DNA of 63,781 nt, the filler included, from Octopus bimaculoides (lineage: Eukaryota), in NCBI RefSeq assembly GCF_001194135.2. It is 5 parts of 5 records of this genome, joined end to end, with 100 filler letters (N's around TTAATTAATTAA, not from the genome) between each part and the next. Parts side by side here need not be neighbours in the genome. Positions count along the whole stretch, not along the records: positions 1 to 28,070 come from NC_068990.1; 4 more parts are not named here. One strand, 5' to 3'. Below are positions 13,201-26,523 of this stretch, one piece after another. The stretch's first letter is position 1. Every line of letters begins with the position of its first letter. The notes under the pieces were generated by a model. That model saw only the letters and a program-made list of their open reading frames with translations. It ran no database searches and was not told the origin of the DNA. The translations under genes and the position numbers were made by a program.

Positions 13201-13830
13201 CGCTTTCCATGCTAGCATGGGTTGGACGATTTGACTGAGGACTGGTGAAACCGGATGGCAACACCAGGCTCCAGTCTAATTTGGCAGAGTTTCTACAGCT
13301 GGATGCCCTTCCTAACGCCAACCACTCAGAGAGTGTAGTGGGTGCTTTTACGTGTCACCCGCACGAAAACGGCCACGCTCGAAATGGTGTCTTTTATGTG
13401 CCACCCGCACAAGCCAGTCCAGGGGCACTGGCAACGATCTCGCTCGAAAATCCTACGGGAGCCAGTCAGGCAGTACTGGCAACGGCCACACTCAAAATGG
13501 TGCATCTCATGTGCCACCCGCACAAGAACCAGTCCAGGGGCACTGGCAACGATCTTACTTGGCTTGCCGGGTCTTCTCACGCACAGCACATTTCCATTAT
13601 GGGAGCCAAATCTGTAGCCACCATGTATGCCATGGAAGTTTGCTGAATGTTGTCACCAACCACAAAGAGAAGGTCCCTGTCATCTGTTGATGAGGTAGTC
13701 TGCAAGAGGGTGTTGTAAAAATGGTCTTTCTGTTCATCAAGTAGCTCTGGTTGAGGGGCAGAAGCTGAGATAATTGTTGCTAAACCATATTGCAGCACTA
13801 GTCTAAGCTTAAGTATTCTATCACAGATTC
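10230..13830 (-). mobile_element. Degenerate RTE LINE (endonuclease part to 3' UTR with (GAT)n tail)
   Basis: APE fragment (IISASAPQ...QKDHFYNTLL), RT fragments (YKGKGDALDRNNYRSIKLL), 3' UTR repeats and (CAT)n at ~10230. Confidence 0.9.
13175..13595 (-). mobile_element. Young 5'-truncated RTE 3' end nested in the older RTE
   Basis: Near-identical to copies at 45222-45943 and 61025-61303; interrupts the host G..N|EEGTRLLEFCD motif. Confidence 0.85.
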
Positions 13831-13888
13831 TGACAATTTACAAAACCCAGAAAAACAAACTTTAAGTAATCAAGAAAATCATGCTTAC

Positions 13889-14039
13889 CCTAATCTATGT
13901 ACAAGAGCGATTTTTCCAACATTCCATTTGCTGCGTATATCTTGACAAATTTCAAACATTTTCTTTTTAGCCATTGGACAGTATGCTTCATATTGCAAGC
14001 TTAACACTTCTTTGCCATCAAAATGATCACGAGTGGTAC
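13889..14039 (-). CDS. MOCS2: MOCS2B internal exon ([51 protein letters not shown])
   Basis: TTTCAG acceptor and GTAAGC donor; 151 nt (phase 1 to 2). MoaE motifs GTTR, L.YEAY..MA and HRLG. Confidence 0.96.
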
Positions 14040-14547
14040 CTGAAATGCAATGAAGTGAACTCTTTATTGGTACAATAGGGTGTTAACTAATGGACTTAAA
14101 ATATTGGATCATTAGTCAGATGTTAGGGAAAAGATCTCTTTTATATATATATAAATATATAATAGCTGATATAAAGGTTATTGATTGTTTGATTTCTTCA
14201 GTCATGATTTAACTAATATGGAGAGAGAGAGGGGGGAAAAGGAAGTGAAGGAGAACTAGAGAATAAATATAAGAGGTACAGGATGAGTGAGAGAAAGAAT
14301 CAGAGAGAGAGGAAAGGATGAGAGAGAGTAAATGACAGAGTAGTTGAAGGTAGGGTTATAAAAACGAGAACTTTATTTTAATTTTATTTTAAGGTAATAA
14401 ATACTTTTTTTTTTTAATTAGTATTCTTTTCATCATTTTATATAATTTGATAAAAGTTACATTATATTTGAGTGTATATGCCATATTTCCTGATATTTCC
14501 CATGGTTGCAAAAGTATTCTTCCAAAGTTACCTGCAATATGACAGGC

Positions 14548-14587
<40 letters not shown>

Positions 14588-15509
14588 ATCATGATGATGA
14601 TGATGACACACACACACTGTTAACTCTTTTACTTGTTTCAATGATTGGGCACCACTATGAAGGGTTTAGTCAATCAAATTGATTCCAGTACTTATTTTTA
14701 AAGTGTGATACTTATTCTATTGATCTCTTCTTGCAGAACTGCTAAGTTATGGGGATGTAAAGAAACCAATACTAGTTGTCAGGTGGTGAGAGACAAACAC
14801 AAAGACATACAAACTACACATGCATATCATCATCATCCTCATCATCATCATTTTAATGTCCACTTTCCTATGCTTGTGTGGGTTAGACAAGGCCATGTTC
14901 CTGAAGCCAACTCCCATCTATTTTCAAGTGAGGTAATAACCATCTCAGTTAAGTTTATGAAAGAAAGAGGAGTGACAGATGGCTAAAAGTAAAGATATAA
15001 GTGAATGCAGTGACTGGCTTACAAGTATGGAGGCATGGTGGTCAATACTGAATGTCAGTTGAAGTAAGGGAATGTGAAGGAACTAGGAATAGGTCAGGGA
15101 GGAAGAAGTAGCAGTACAAAAAAGGGGGAGGGGAGAGCAGCATTGTAATAGAAGTGTAAAAATGAGAAAGAGGGAGATGATGTGAAGTGTGGGGTGGAGA
15201 GGGAGGGAGCACAATGATAGGGATGGAGATTAGAGGTATAATGGGTGAATACAGTGGGTGATAAACAAAAAGCTAGGGGTCATTAATAATTGAGATGAGA
15301 AGCACCATGTAAATGCACACATGCCAGAGACACGTAAAAAGCACCCAGCACACTCTGTTAAGTGGTTGGCATTAGGAAAGACATCCACCTGTAGAAACCA
15401 TGCCACAACAGACAATTGGAGTCTGCCCAGCTCTATGTGAAACTGTCCAACTCATGCCAACATGGAAAGCGGACATTAACCCTTTAGCATTCAGACTACT
15501 CTGCCAAAT

Positions 15510-16625
15510 GTGATGATTATTAGCAATATCAGAGGAAGGTTAACATGGAAAATAGCTTTTGTATGTGGAAGATGCACAGGTACAATAAACACCAAAAATT
15601 GTCAATGGAGTAAGCTAGAGATAGTAGATAGTTTCTGTTACCTAGGTGATCAAGTTAGTAACAGAGATGGATGCTCCAAGAGCATAGCTGTAAGAATAAG
15701 ATTAGGCTGGGCAAAGTTCAGAGAGCTCCTACTTCTGCTAGCAACAAAGGGCTTCTCTCTCTCAGAGTGAAAGGCAGATTGTATGATGCCTATATGTGAA
15801 CAGCCATGCTACATGGCAGTGAAACATGGGCTGTGACAGCTGAGGACATGTGTAGGCTTGAAAGAAATGAAGCCAATGTGCTTCGCTGGATGTGCAATGT
15901 CAGTGTGCATGTTCAACAGAGTGTAAGCATCTTCAGAGAAAAGTTGGGCATAAGAGGCATCAAATGTAGTATGCAAAAGAGACGACTGCGCTGGTATGGT
16001 CATGTCATGCATATGGATGAAGATAGCTGTGTAAAGAAGTGCCAATCTCTAACAGTGGAGGGAACCTGGGGTAGAGGTAGATCCAGGAAGACATGGGACA
16101 AGGTGAAGAAGCATGATCTTTGAACTTTGGTCCTCACAGAGACAATGACTATGACCAAGACTTTTGGCGATATGCTGTGCTTGAGAAGACCCATCAAGCC
16201 ACGTGAAATTGTAGTTGTGGCTAATGCTGGTGTCATGTAACTGGCACCCAAGCAGGTGGCATGTAGAGAGCACTTTTCGTGCATTGGGCCTCATGGAGGC
16301 AAAGTGGCTGAGTTCCTTTTGAGTGTTGAGCCTCATGGAGGCAATGACCAAGACCTTTGGCATTATGTCATGCTTGAGAAAAAGAGCCATCAAGCTGAGC
16401 AAAATTGCAGTCATGGCAGATAACCATGTCACACAAATGGCACCTATGCTGGTGGCATGTAAAAACACCCATTACACTCTCAGAGTGGTTGGCGTTAGGA
16501 TGGGCATCCAGCCATAGAAACCATGCAAAATCAGACTGGAGTCTGGTGCAGCCTTCCAGCTTGCCAGCCCTGGTCAAGCCGTCCAACCCATGCCAGCAAG
16601 GACATTAAATGATGATGATGATGAT
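15510..16625 (+). mobile_element. RTE LINE 3' portion
   Basis: MLHGSETWAVTAEDMCRLERNEANVLRWMCNV...RRLRWYGHVMHMDEDSCVKKC; 3' UTR ending in (GAT)n. Confidence 0.9.
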
Positions 16626-16869
16626 TACTGAATAAGCATGTCAGGTGCCCTTCCTATCATCAACCATTACCTGTTTCCAAGTAAGGTAATAATTCCTTAT
16701 AACCAGACATGTTTTCACAGAAGACCAGAAACAAAGGACACCACTTTCATGATAGTGACATTCATTTAAAACAAACATGCAATGTCAAGGTAAAGTGACA
16801 ATCTCTCTCTCTGTCACACACACACACACACATACATATTCACATATATAATTTGCTTTACAAAGAACT

Positions 16870-16901
<32 letters not shown>

Positions 16902-19900
16902 TATATGTATTCCTATGCAACCACATATATGCACACACACGCACACCTCAACCTCTCTTGAAATAGCAGGTAACAGCTACTACTAAATATTCATATACAA
17001 CATTTATTTATTCCATGCTTTCCATATTCCTTAGAAGATCATTCTACTTCATCTCATTAGTATTCTAGGAAACTTCTGGTAAGTTACAATTCTGCTGCCT
17101 TTCATTGTTTCTTAGAAAATCAGTACCATACTCGACATCCTAAGTACACATCTCTCATTTCCTCCTCTTGTCTTCTAGCACAGTCTGTCATGTTGCATTG
17201 CACAAAATATTATTCTATGTGATATCACACAAGTGTTCTGCTCTTTAAACTGTCATCTGTCTTTTGTGAGCAATGCAAAAAAAAAATAATAAAAATTTGC
17301 AGAACTTGTACTATTTCTTTGTTGTTGTAATGTTTGTTCATTTCTTATCATTCCTATTAAGCATTACAAAATTATTTAGCAAGCTGTAATGGATGGGTTT
17401 TTTTTTTCCTCTTGTATGTTCTAATATTCAATGAAGATTCTTTAATATTAGCAGACATATTTTATCATGGTCATTTGTTGCAGATTTGAAGGAGGAGATT
17501 ATAAATTACTTGTCTGTAAAAATGACAAAGCAGATCTTCTTCTACTTTACTGTGTTCTTTGTTTAGCAGAAAATTCCAGATGGACCAATATTTTGAGTGA
17601 ATCAAGTTATGATCATAATTATTCTCATCATGTCAACACAAACAACAACAACACACCTCTCACCAACACTATCATCTTCCTATATACAACCACCACCATC
17701 ACCATCTCAATAGATTCTTGACCATTTCCACCAAGTAGTACCACCTCCTGGGGGCAGTGGAAAATTTTATACAAGTACTAGGGGACAAACAGGATGGTAG
17801 GGGAGTGGGACATAGATGCAACTGTACAGTTTTTTAAGTCTTTCTTATTTAAATGTAAACTCTAAGCCTATCGCCATACAACCATCATCGTCACCACCAT
17901 TTAACATCCGTTTTCCAGGGTGGCATGGGTTGGATGGTTTAACAGGAGCTGACAGGTCAGAAGACTGCACCAGGATTCATAGTCTATTTTGGCATGGTTT
18001 TTACTGCTGGATGCCCTTCCTAATGTCATTCACCTTACAGAGGTGACTAAGTACTTTTTACATGATACCAGGACCAGCAAGATCTGCTTTGGCATGGGTT
18101 TTTTTTCTTCAGTTGGATGCCCTTCATAATGCCAACCACTTTTCAAAGTGGCCTGGGTGCTTTTTATTTGGCACCAGCACTGGTAAGGTCTGCTTTGACA
18201 TGGTTTTTTACAGCTGGATACCCTTCCAAATGCCAACTACTTTACAGTGTGGACCAATACTGGTGGGGTCACCAAGTAACTTGCAAGACAAAGAATCTTT
18301 AAGAGTGGAAGGAGTATTGGAAGAGGTGGCCTTGTGCCAAGTGATGAGAGGTTAGAGTATGTCAGAGGAACAGAAACAGATGTCTTGATGTAGAGGAGAT
18401 ACCAAGTCAAAGGAAGAGAAAAAGTGAGAGTGTGATCAAGAATGAAAGTGTGAGCGTGCAAGAGAGAAAAAGGGTGAGAGCGCAAGAGAGATGGTGGCGG
18501 TGTGCCAGGGCATACCCTCAAAGTACAGAGATCAAAATATAAATGCTTGCATGGATCAGATGGAATTTACTGCAGCAGATTTTCTATGGCCAGACACCCT
18601 TCTTGTCATCAGCCCTCACCTGTTTCCAAGCAAACGATATTTGTTTACAGCCAGCCATCAGGTGTGGCTGCATTGTTAAGAGGTTTGCTTTCCAGCCACA
18701 TGGTTTCAGGTTCAGCCCCACTGCATGGCACTTTTGCAGATGCCTTGAGTCAACCAAAGCCTTGTGAGCTGATTTAGTAGATGGAAACTAAAAGAATCCT
18801 GTCATGTGTGTGTGAGTTAGAGAGAGAGAGAGAGAGCGAGTGAATGTGTATGTTTGTGTCTCAATCTCATGATATCACATGACAGTTTAAACAATTATCA
18901 CTGTCATACAAGCAGTGTCATTCATATCCAATATTCTGCAGGAACATGTCTGGCCATGAAAAAAATATTTCCTTGCTTGGAAATAAGTGAGGGTTGGTGA
19001 GGGAAAGGGTATCTAGCCATAAAAGATCATCATTTAATGTCCGATGATGATCTTTTATGGCCAGATACCCTTTCTCTCACCAACCCTCACCTATTTCCAA
19101 CTGCCTCAATTAACTCTGTCCAACCCATGGAAACATCGACATTAAAATGATAATTATACATATATATAAACACATACATATATATATAAACACACATAAA
19201 TTATGACATTTTTTCAGTTTCTATCCACCAGATCCATTCACATGTGTTTTCTGTTATAGCCTGAGGCTATAACAGAAAACATTTGCCCAAGTTGGGACAG
19301 AACCCAAAACCAGAATTGAGAAGCAAGCATCTTAAACACACAGCCATGCCAAGACCTTGTTAGTATTAATAAAGATAATGAATCATTAGCATGCCAGGCA
19401 AAATGCTTAGCGGCATTTTGTCTGTCTTTACATTCTGAGTTCAAATGCTGTTTGGGGTCACCTTTGCCTTTCATCTTTTAGGGGTTAATAAAATAAGTAT
19501 CAGTTGAACACTGAGGTCAATGTAATCAACTCACCCCCTTCCCAAAATTGCTGGCCTTGGACCAAAGTTTAAAATCAATTAAAATAATGAATAAAATAAA
19601 TCTTGAAAAAATAAAGGAAAAAAGTCAAATTTCATGTTATCAGCATATTAATGAATTTTTATTTAACACTGTAGTATTCATATTACTCTGTCAAATGTAC
19701 TGTTTATTTATTCACTTTGTTTTGAATTAATTATGCATTATCTTGTAGCTTTGAGATTTCGAAGATGTGATTATTTCTTTTTAAAATTATAATGTGAGAA
19801 GCTGGATCTGGCCAGTTTTAACATAAAACAGGTATGATATTTTAGCTCAATATGGCTGGTTTAAATGCTAAAGGTTTAAACATGAATGACTTATTAATGT

Positions 19901-19920
19901 AATACACTAAAAACTCTTAC

Positions 19921-20020
19921 CAATAAATAGTGATACAGCACCACAATTTGGTAAAGTGACAGATTTTGAAATGCCCTCAATATTCAATTTCTCATTAGAT
20001 AACTCCACGATGTCAGTCAT
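19921..20020 (-). CDS. MOCS2: MOCS2B first coding segment (MTDIVELSNEKLNIEGISKSVTLPNCGAVSLFIG)
   Basis: Exon spans 19921-20028 (acceptor TTCTTTATTAG, donor GTAAGA). ATG at 20020 lies 8 nt into the exon with G at -3. CGAVSLFIG matches human CGAISLFVG. The four segments total 447 nt = 148 aa + stop. Confidence 0.94.
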
Positions 20021-20226
20021 TGCAGAAACTAATAAAGAAAATATAACAAAAACCAGATAAAGTTAACAAAAAATAAAACCTATCAAAATGTTTAAATAAT
20101 CATCATTTCTTTTGTCTATGCAATCAGTTTAAACATTTCTGGTCATCTTCCTTTTTCTGAAATTTCATCAAATTTTCACCATCTTTCAACAGAAACCGAA
20201 AGAAGCCTGTTGTATATATCTATTTA

Positions 20227-20274
<48 letters not shown>

Positions 20275-22560
20275 TGAGCGTGGTGAGAGATAATGTGTAT
20301 GGTTATATCTCCTTGTCTTGACATCACATGATAGTTGTAAATGAGTCTCACAGTCAAACACACACATCATTGATTTCTGATATTCTGCAAGAACATGTCT
20401 GACTAAGGGCAATATTACCTAACTTGGAAATTGGTGAAGGTTGGTGGCAGGAAGGACATCCAGCCAGAGAAAAAATGCCTCAATCTACTGCATCCAACCC
20501 ATGCAAACATGGAGAAGTGGACGTTAAAATGATGATGATGAAATCATCAAGTGAGTCTCTGTGTAGTAGTGTGATCTACTAGAAGTAAAAGCCAAATTCC
20601 CTTCCTATAACAGCCTACCACTTTAAAAAGAGAAAAGACACATTTGACAGTGTAGTCTTAAATATACCAACAGAACTGATTTGGAACTAAACAACCAACA
20701 CCTTTTAAAACATTTATTAACAGATCTCTGCAGAAACATAGCTAGTGAGGTTAGGGTTCTGCCCCAGGTAACACTTTTATGGGGGTGGTATTTTGGGGTC
20801 TGCTGTATAAGACTGTATAGGGGGCAGGACAAGAGTTGCGGGGCACAGCATATCCAAGGCATTGCTGGACAAGACAAGGCCATCAATGAACTGTTTCTCA
20901 GTGTCAGATTTGCATGCTGTAATTCTGCTTCTCCTGAGCAGCTTGTGACAGACAAAATTCATTCAAGATGTCAAAATATTTCCATTAATTACAACAGGCT
21001 CCATCAACATAAAGATGTTCTCTTTGTTTTATTGAAACTTATAGGTGCAGGCATGGCTGTGTGGTAAGAAGTTTGCTTCTCAACTACATCGTTTCAAGTT
21101 CAGACACACAGTGTAACACCTTGGGCAAGTGTTTCCAACTATAGCCCCAGGCCAACCAAAGCCTAGTGAGTGGATTTGATAGACAGAAACTGAAAGAAGC
21201 CTTTCGTATGGCTTAGCTGTTAGGGTGTTGCACTTGCAATCTAGCAATCGTGAGTTCAATTTCTAGACCGGGTGGTGCGTTGTGTTCTTGACCAAAACAC
21301 TTCATCTTGCATTGCTCTGCAATCACTTCGCACTTGACGTGTGGTACACAGTGCATCTGTTCAGACAACATTGATTTGGTAAAGAGAGTGAGCTAATGTG
21401 CAGCACAAACATTTGATCACTATAAACACATCATTTGTGCATGTCGTTCAGCAGAAACTGAATGCTCATACATTGTCTTCAATGAGAGAGTCCATCATAT
21501 ATACATATGGGGGGGGGGGGTCTTTGTGTCTGGGTTTGTTTCCCACTACTGCTTGACAACTGGTGTTGTTGTGTTAACATCCCTGTAACTTAGCAGTTCA
21601 GCAAAAGAGACTAATAAAATAAGTATCAGACTTAAAAAAGTATTGGAGTTGATTCATTTGATTAGAAATTCTTCAAGGCAGTGCCCCAGTATGGCCGCAG
21701 TCTAATGACTGAAACAAGCAAAAGATAAAAGATGATACTGGTTAATGCAATGATCTTGTTCCTTTAAGAGATATCATTTAATGTCCATATTCCATTATCT
21801 ATTTTGGTATGGTTTCTATGACTGGATACACTTCCTAATTCCAACCGCTTTGCAACGTACTGGCTGCCTTTTTCATACCACTGGCACCAGTGATGTCTTC
21901 ATGCAGTCTGCATGACTATGAACCTTGAGGGGGCTGCTTTATACTATGAGGTGAGGAATTAAGGGAAGGAACCTGAGCAGAACAGGTTTACTTGTTGTAG
22001 AGGAGCAACAAGTCAACTCACATTTTAGAAGTGAAGAAAGGAATGATTGAGGTGGAGCTAGGACTTTTAATGGTGAGACATATAACTAATTTAGAGTGAT
22101 GACACAGAACATGGGTTTTACATAATGGGAATTGATGTCGAAATCATTTGGATGATGATGATGATACTGATAAAAAGTTAAAACAAAAATGAAGTTACAA
22201 TTGTTTTATGAGAAAAACAAACAGTTCTTTTTAACCGTTTGCCCATCTTTTGTGTATCACCTATGATACAGAGGGCATATTTCTCTGACATCCATGCATC
22301 ATACATGATTATAAATTTCCAATTTTTTAAACCACTTGATTAAATTGTTTTTTTTATGAAAGGAAAGTTTTATATTACCCAGAACATATGAAACAAGGAC
22401 TAACTAAAAATCTGCAAAGTATGAACTTTTAAGACAAATGCTTTGGACAGGCAAAGTGTTAAAGGGAGTCTCAAATACTGAATATATTAAAGTACTCATT
22501 CGATTATCAAACATATTAAACTACTCATAGGATTATCCAATAGATTAAGTACTCACTGGA

Positions 22561-22684
22561 TTATCCACCACTGATTGGAGGAATTACTGCAATTTCATCT
22601 CCATTTGATAAATATATGGTTTCATCTCCAGACAAATATTCCTTATTCAAAGCAATTATCATGGATTGTTTCAGAGGCTTTAAC
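22561..22684 (-). CDS. MOCS2: MOCS2A last coding exon (LKPLKQSMIIALNKEYLSGDETIYLSNGDEIAVIPPISGG*)
   Basis: TTCTCTAG acceptor. Ends in the MoaD/ThiS-family GDEIAVIPPISGG double-glycine motif; TAA at 22561-22563. The exon continues 4 nt (TCCA) to a GTGAGT donor at 22556. Confidence 0.96.
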
Positions 22685-23245
22685 CTAGAGAAGAAGAAAT
22701 ATACAATATCAACACTTTAATGACGGTAAACTAGTTTTGAAGTAGATTTTAAACAGCTGTGTAATCATCATTATCAGTATTTCTCAGTATGGTGGAAAAT
22801 TGACAGTTATTAAAGTGTTGGCTAGAAAGCCTTGCAGAACTGATTCACTGTACCCGGAGTTCAAATCCGACTGAGGTCAACTTTGCCTTTTCATCCTTGA
22901 TATAACTGCAATTATTTTCCATCTATAAGTCATGCCTTGCTTTGTAAAATGTTTAATTTAGTTAATTTATATACCTCAGGTTATGTCATGCTGATGATTT
23001 TTAAAAAGAATGAAATAGTGTTTGCAGGAGTACTCATAAGAAGAAATCTTAAGATCTTCATAAGAGAAAAACAAATATTAAATATACTCTTTTACTTGTT
23101 TCAGTCATTTAACTGCGGCCATGCTGGAGCATCGCCTTTAGTCAAGCAAATCAACTCCAGGACTTATTCTTTGTAAGCCTAGTACTTATTCTATCGGTCT
23201 CTTTTGCCGAAATGCTAAGTTACGGGGACATAAAAAAACACACCA

Positions 23246-23558
23246 GCGATGAAATTCTGACGACTGTTGCTTCACCACCATAAGCTTGCTCAATGTCTCT
23301 GAAGCAGACTTCCCAAGTTTAACACAAAATTTCATGTTGGCTCTTTGTTCCAACTTGTCCATAACAAAATAGCAGACTACAGCATACACATGATTACAAA
23401 AGCACAAATTTCACAAGTTGTGAAGTAAACACAGTGATGTCACTCAGCGCACTACCTTATGACGGTCACTGCTGGCTCTCACTTCACGCACAACAATGCA
23501 CTGCCATTTGTTGCCATGTTACAGAACTAGTCCAGGAACTTTTTGATACCATTTCATA
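23246..23558 (-). mobile_element. Mariner 5' half (TIR plus transposase N-terminus)
   Basis: MDKLEQRANMKFCVKLGKSASETL; TIR at 23526-23558. Confidence 0.8.
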
Positions 23559-24835
23559 GAGGGAGTTGAACAGCTTTGAGGTTATCCAAATGACTGTTGC
23601 ATGAATAAGACATTTTCAACTAATTAGAAATAATAGTGATGAGAAAAGACTAATTTCTGTTTAACAAGTATTTCATTTGAGTACTTCATTGCATGCGTAC
23701 ATAGTCAATTGATTTGTTCAATATAGCAGTCAGATCTACTCTCTGTAAACTGTCTAAAACGAATACGACAACATTTTAGGGCAGCATGCTGACAGTAAAG
23801 ATGAAATAGATGCAGTTTTGTTTGACAAGCTAAGCTATGTACAGCTGGTCTGTTCAAAGCTGAAAGGGCTTTTCTACAAAAATAGCAACATTACCATCTC
23901 AATATTGGTTGGGGAATCCAGTAGTAAAAAAAAGCAAAAAAAAAAAAAAAAAAANNNNNNNNNNAAAAAAAAAAAAAAAAAAAAACCTGTTGTAATTATT
24001 GTTCAAATACTAGAGTTTTACATGGGATGTGTCCTGTTACTTGTATGATTCAGGGTTGTCAGCACTGACTGTTTGGTCATGTTGCTTGATTTTCTGAGAT
24101 GGATCCTGTGTATTGTGTTCTATTCTCTGAGAATCTGGCTGGGGTGACAGCTCATGTTGGTCAGTCACATTCCATATGGTCGCAACAGGTGAGGAAGAAT
24201 TTCACAGAGATGGGGACTGACTGGGACACTGCTTGAAGGGTTGCCTAGGATGATCCAAGCAAATACCAACAAATGGTAGATGCAGTGATGCACTGCAACA
24301 GCACATGCTCCCATACCTGACCTGACCTCCTCTTCCTCCTCTGTCTCTATGATTCTTTCTCTTTCACTGTATGTCACATTCCTTAACTCATTGCCTGCCA
24401 CCAAGCTTAGTTGTGCACGCATTGTGCCCATCTTATGTAAATTATCTCTCTGTATCTCTTACTCTTTCTCTCTGCCTAACTTTATATGACTGGAGAGACC
24501 AACCAACCGACATTTACATCAGCTACTATTGTAGAGATAGCACAAGGGATAAAATGTGAAATAAATATACAAATGAAATAAAAAAATTTTTTTTTTTTAT
24601 AATCAAGAGAGAAAACAGTGCCCATGACCCTTTATAAGGCCTCAGAGATCAATGGGAGGGAGAGAGTATCCTCAGAAACCTGGTCCAAATGCTTACAACA
24701 GGGTGAACTCTACTGAGATAATAAGGTCTCAGGTGGTGATGTTGTCAAGCTGGGAAACTGTTTAAATCTATCACCTTAGTAAGTTATGGTGGGATTTGAA
24801 CTCAGAATGCAAAGAGCTGGAATGACTACTACAAG

Positions 24836-25441
24836 GCTTATGGTGGTGAAGCAACAGTCGTCAGAATTTCATCTCCGCAACTGAAGAAGGCATTCCAGAG
24901 CCACAACTCAATCAAGAGCATGCTCATCATTTTTTTCAATATCATTTTTTTCTGCATCAAGGGCCAGACCATCAATTGAAAGTCCTACTGTGACGTTTTG
25001 ATGCATGTGAGGGAGGACATTCAGCAAAGCGATTGTATATCTGGAGCACGAAGATCTGGATTCTTCATAACAATGCACCCTGTCACCAAGCTCTCCTCAT
25101 TTGTCAGTTTCTCACCAAAAACAACATGGAATTACTTCCACACCCACCCTATTTGCCAGATTTAGCAGCTGCAGACTTCCATCTCTTCCCCAAGATGGAA
25201 GTCCGCAGCTCAAAGGTCACCATTTTAATACTGTTGTCAAGCTCCAGAGTGAATCATAGAAGGTACTCAACTCACTTTCAGAAAACGACGTCCAGGCCAG
25301 ATTCCAAATGTGACAGGAACTCTGGGACTGGTATATTGCTGTGAAAGGTGACTATTTCAAAAGAGATGATGTTAAAACTTAGGTAAATAAGTTACTTTTT
25401 ATTAAACATAACTAGTTCAGGAACTTTTCTCACATTACATA
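24836..25441 (+). mobile_element. Mariner 3' half (degenerate catalytic domain plus TIR)
   Basis: WILHNNAPCH...LPHPPYLPDLAAADFHLFPKM; TIR at 25411-25441. Confidence 0.85.
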
Positions 25442-25559
25442 AACTTGATCTTATTGCATTTGGAATTTGAGTAGCTTGGTTCTTTACAGTGGTTAAATGT
25501 ATTTCTATATCAATCTAACATCTTATATAAATATGTACAGACTACTCCATAACAAAATG

Positions 25560-26460
25560 GTTCATCAGGATTGTGAATCATGCCATTCATGTAATGATAC
25601 AACAAAGAACCCACAGAATGAAGCTTCCTTATTACCTTTTTAGAGAACTATAAGACAATTTGAATCTAACACTGCATGCTAAAGATAACTATCAACTATA
25701 TAATTTCTTCTTTTATGGTTTGGTCTGGAGGAGGTGGTTGTGCCTATGGCCTATGTCAGCTCTGAAGCTGGAATGATTAACATGGTTGATGCCTCCCTTG
25801 AACAGCTGCAGGAGAAAATATAACAAGGAGGGTACTCCTGAAGGTGACTTTCTGAGAGTCATGTTTAGTGCAGCAACTAAGAATAGGGCATAAAATTAAT
25901 GACAGTTGAGCCTCAGTGAAGACAATATGAGCCCAACTAACTCTGAGGAGTAGTAACCAATGTAATAGTAGCAGAAGAGAGAGAGAGATGATACAGCAGG
26001 TTTATGATCAAGAGGATGGATTGTGATGGTGGATAACTTCATATAAGTTAATCAAGAGGGTAGGCTTATTGTGGATGAAGTTCTAGGATGTCTGAATGTA
26101 AAGTAGCAGCACTGTCCAAGCAGTGAGAAAAGTCCTTCATTGTGGATCTCATTTGAACTTTGTATAGGGTTACCATTTGTTACTGGAGTATTTTCTGACA
26201 CTGAAAAGGCTGGTTAGTTTTTGTGAAATAATCTAAAAGATGAGAGACAACTAGAATCTAGTGTACAGCAATGAACTGTATCTTTCATGATACTTGTTTC
26301 CAGCTAGATGAACTGAGATGTTGCGAATTGTGTTTTAGCTTGAAATAAAGTATAGCACTGCCTGTAACAGTTATGAACCGTAGATTCTTCAATATGAACT
26401 TAAGCTGCCAGTCCATTTGACCATATTTAAGGTTACAAAACAGAGTGACAAATTAACGCT
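25560..26460 (-). mobile_element. Old CR1/Jockey-group LINE fragment
   Basis: TLYKVQMRSTMKDFSHCLDSA resembles the LYK.QIRP.MEYCSH.W RT C-terminus; highly decayed. Confidence 0.4.
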
Positions 26461-26523
26461 GATTATGAGAAAGTAAAAGTGACATTTGATATTGTAGTTA
26501 AGTACCTCACTTGTTCACTTTAC

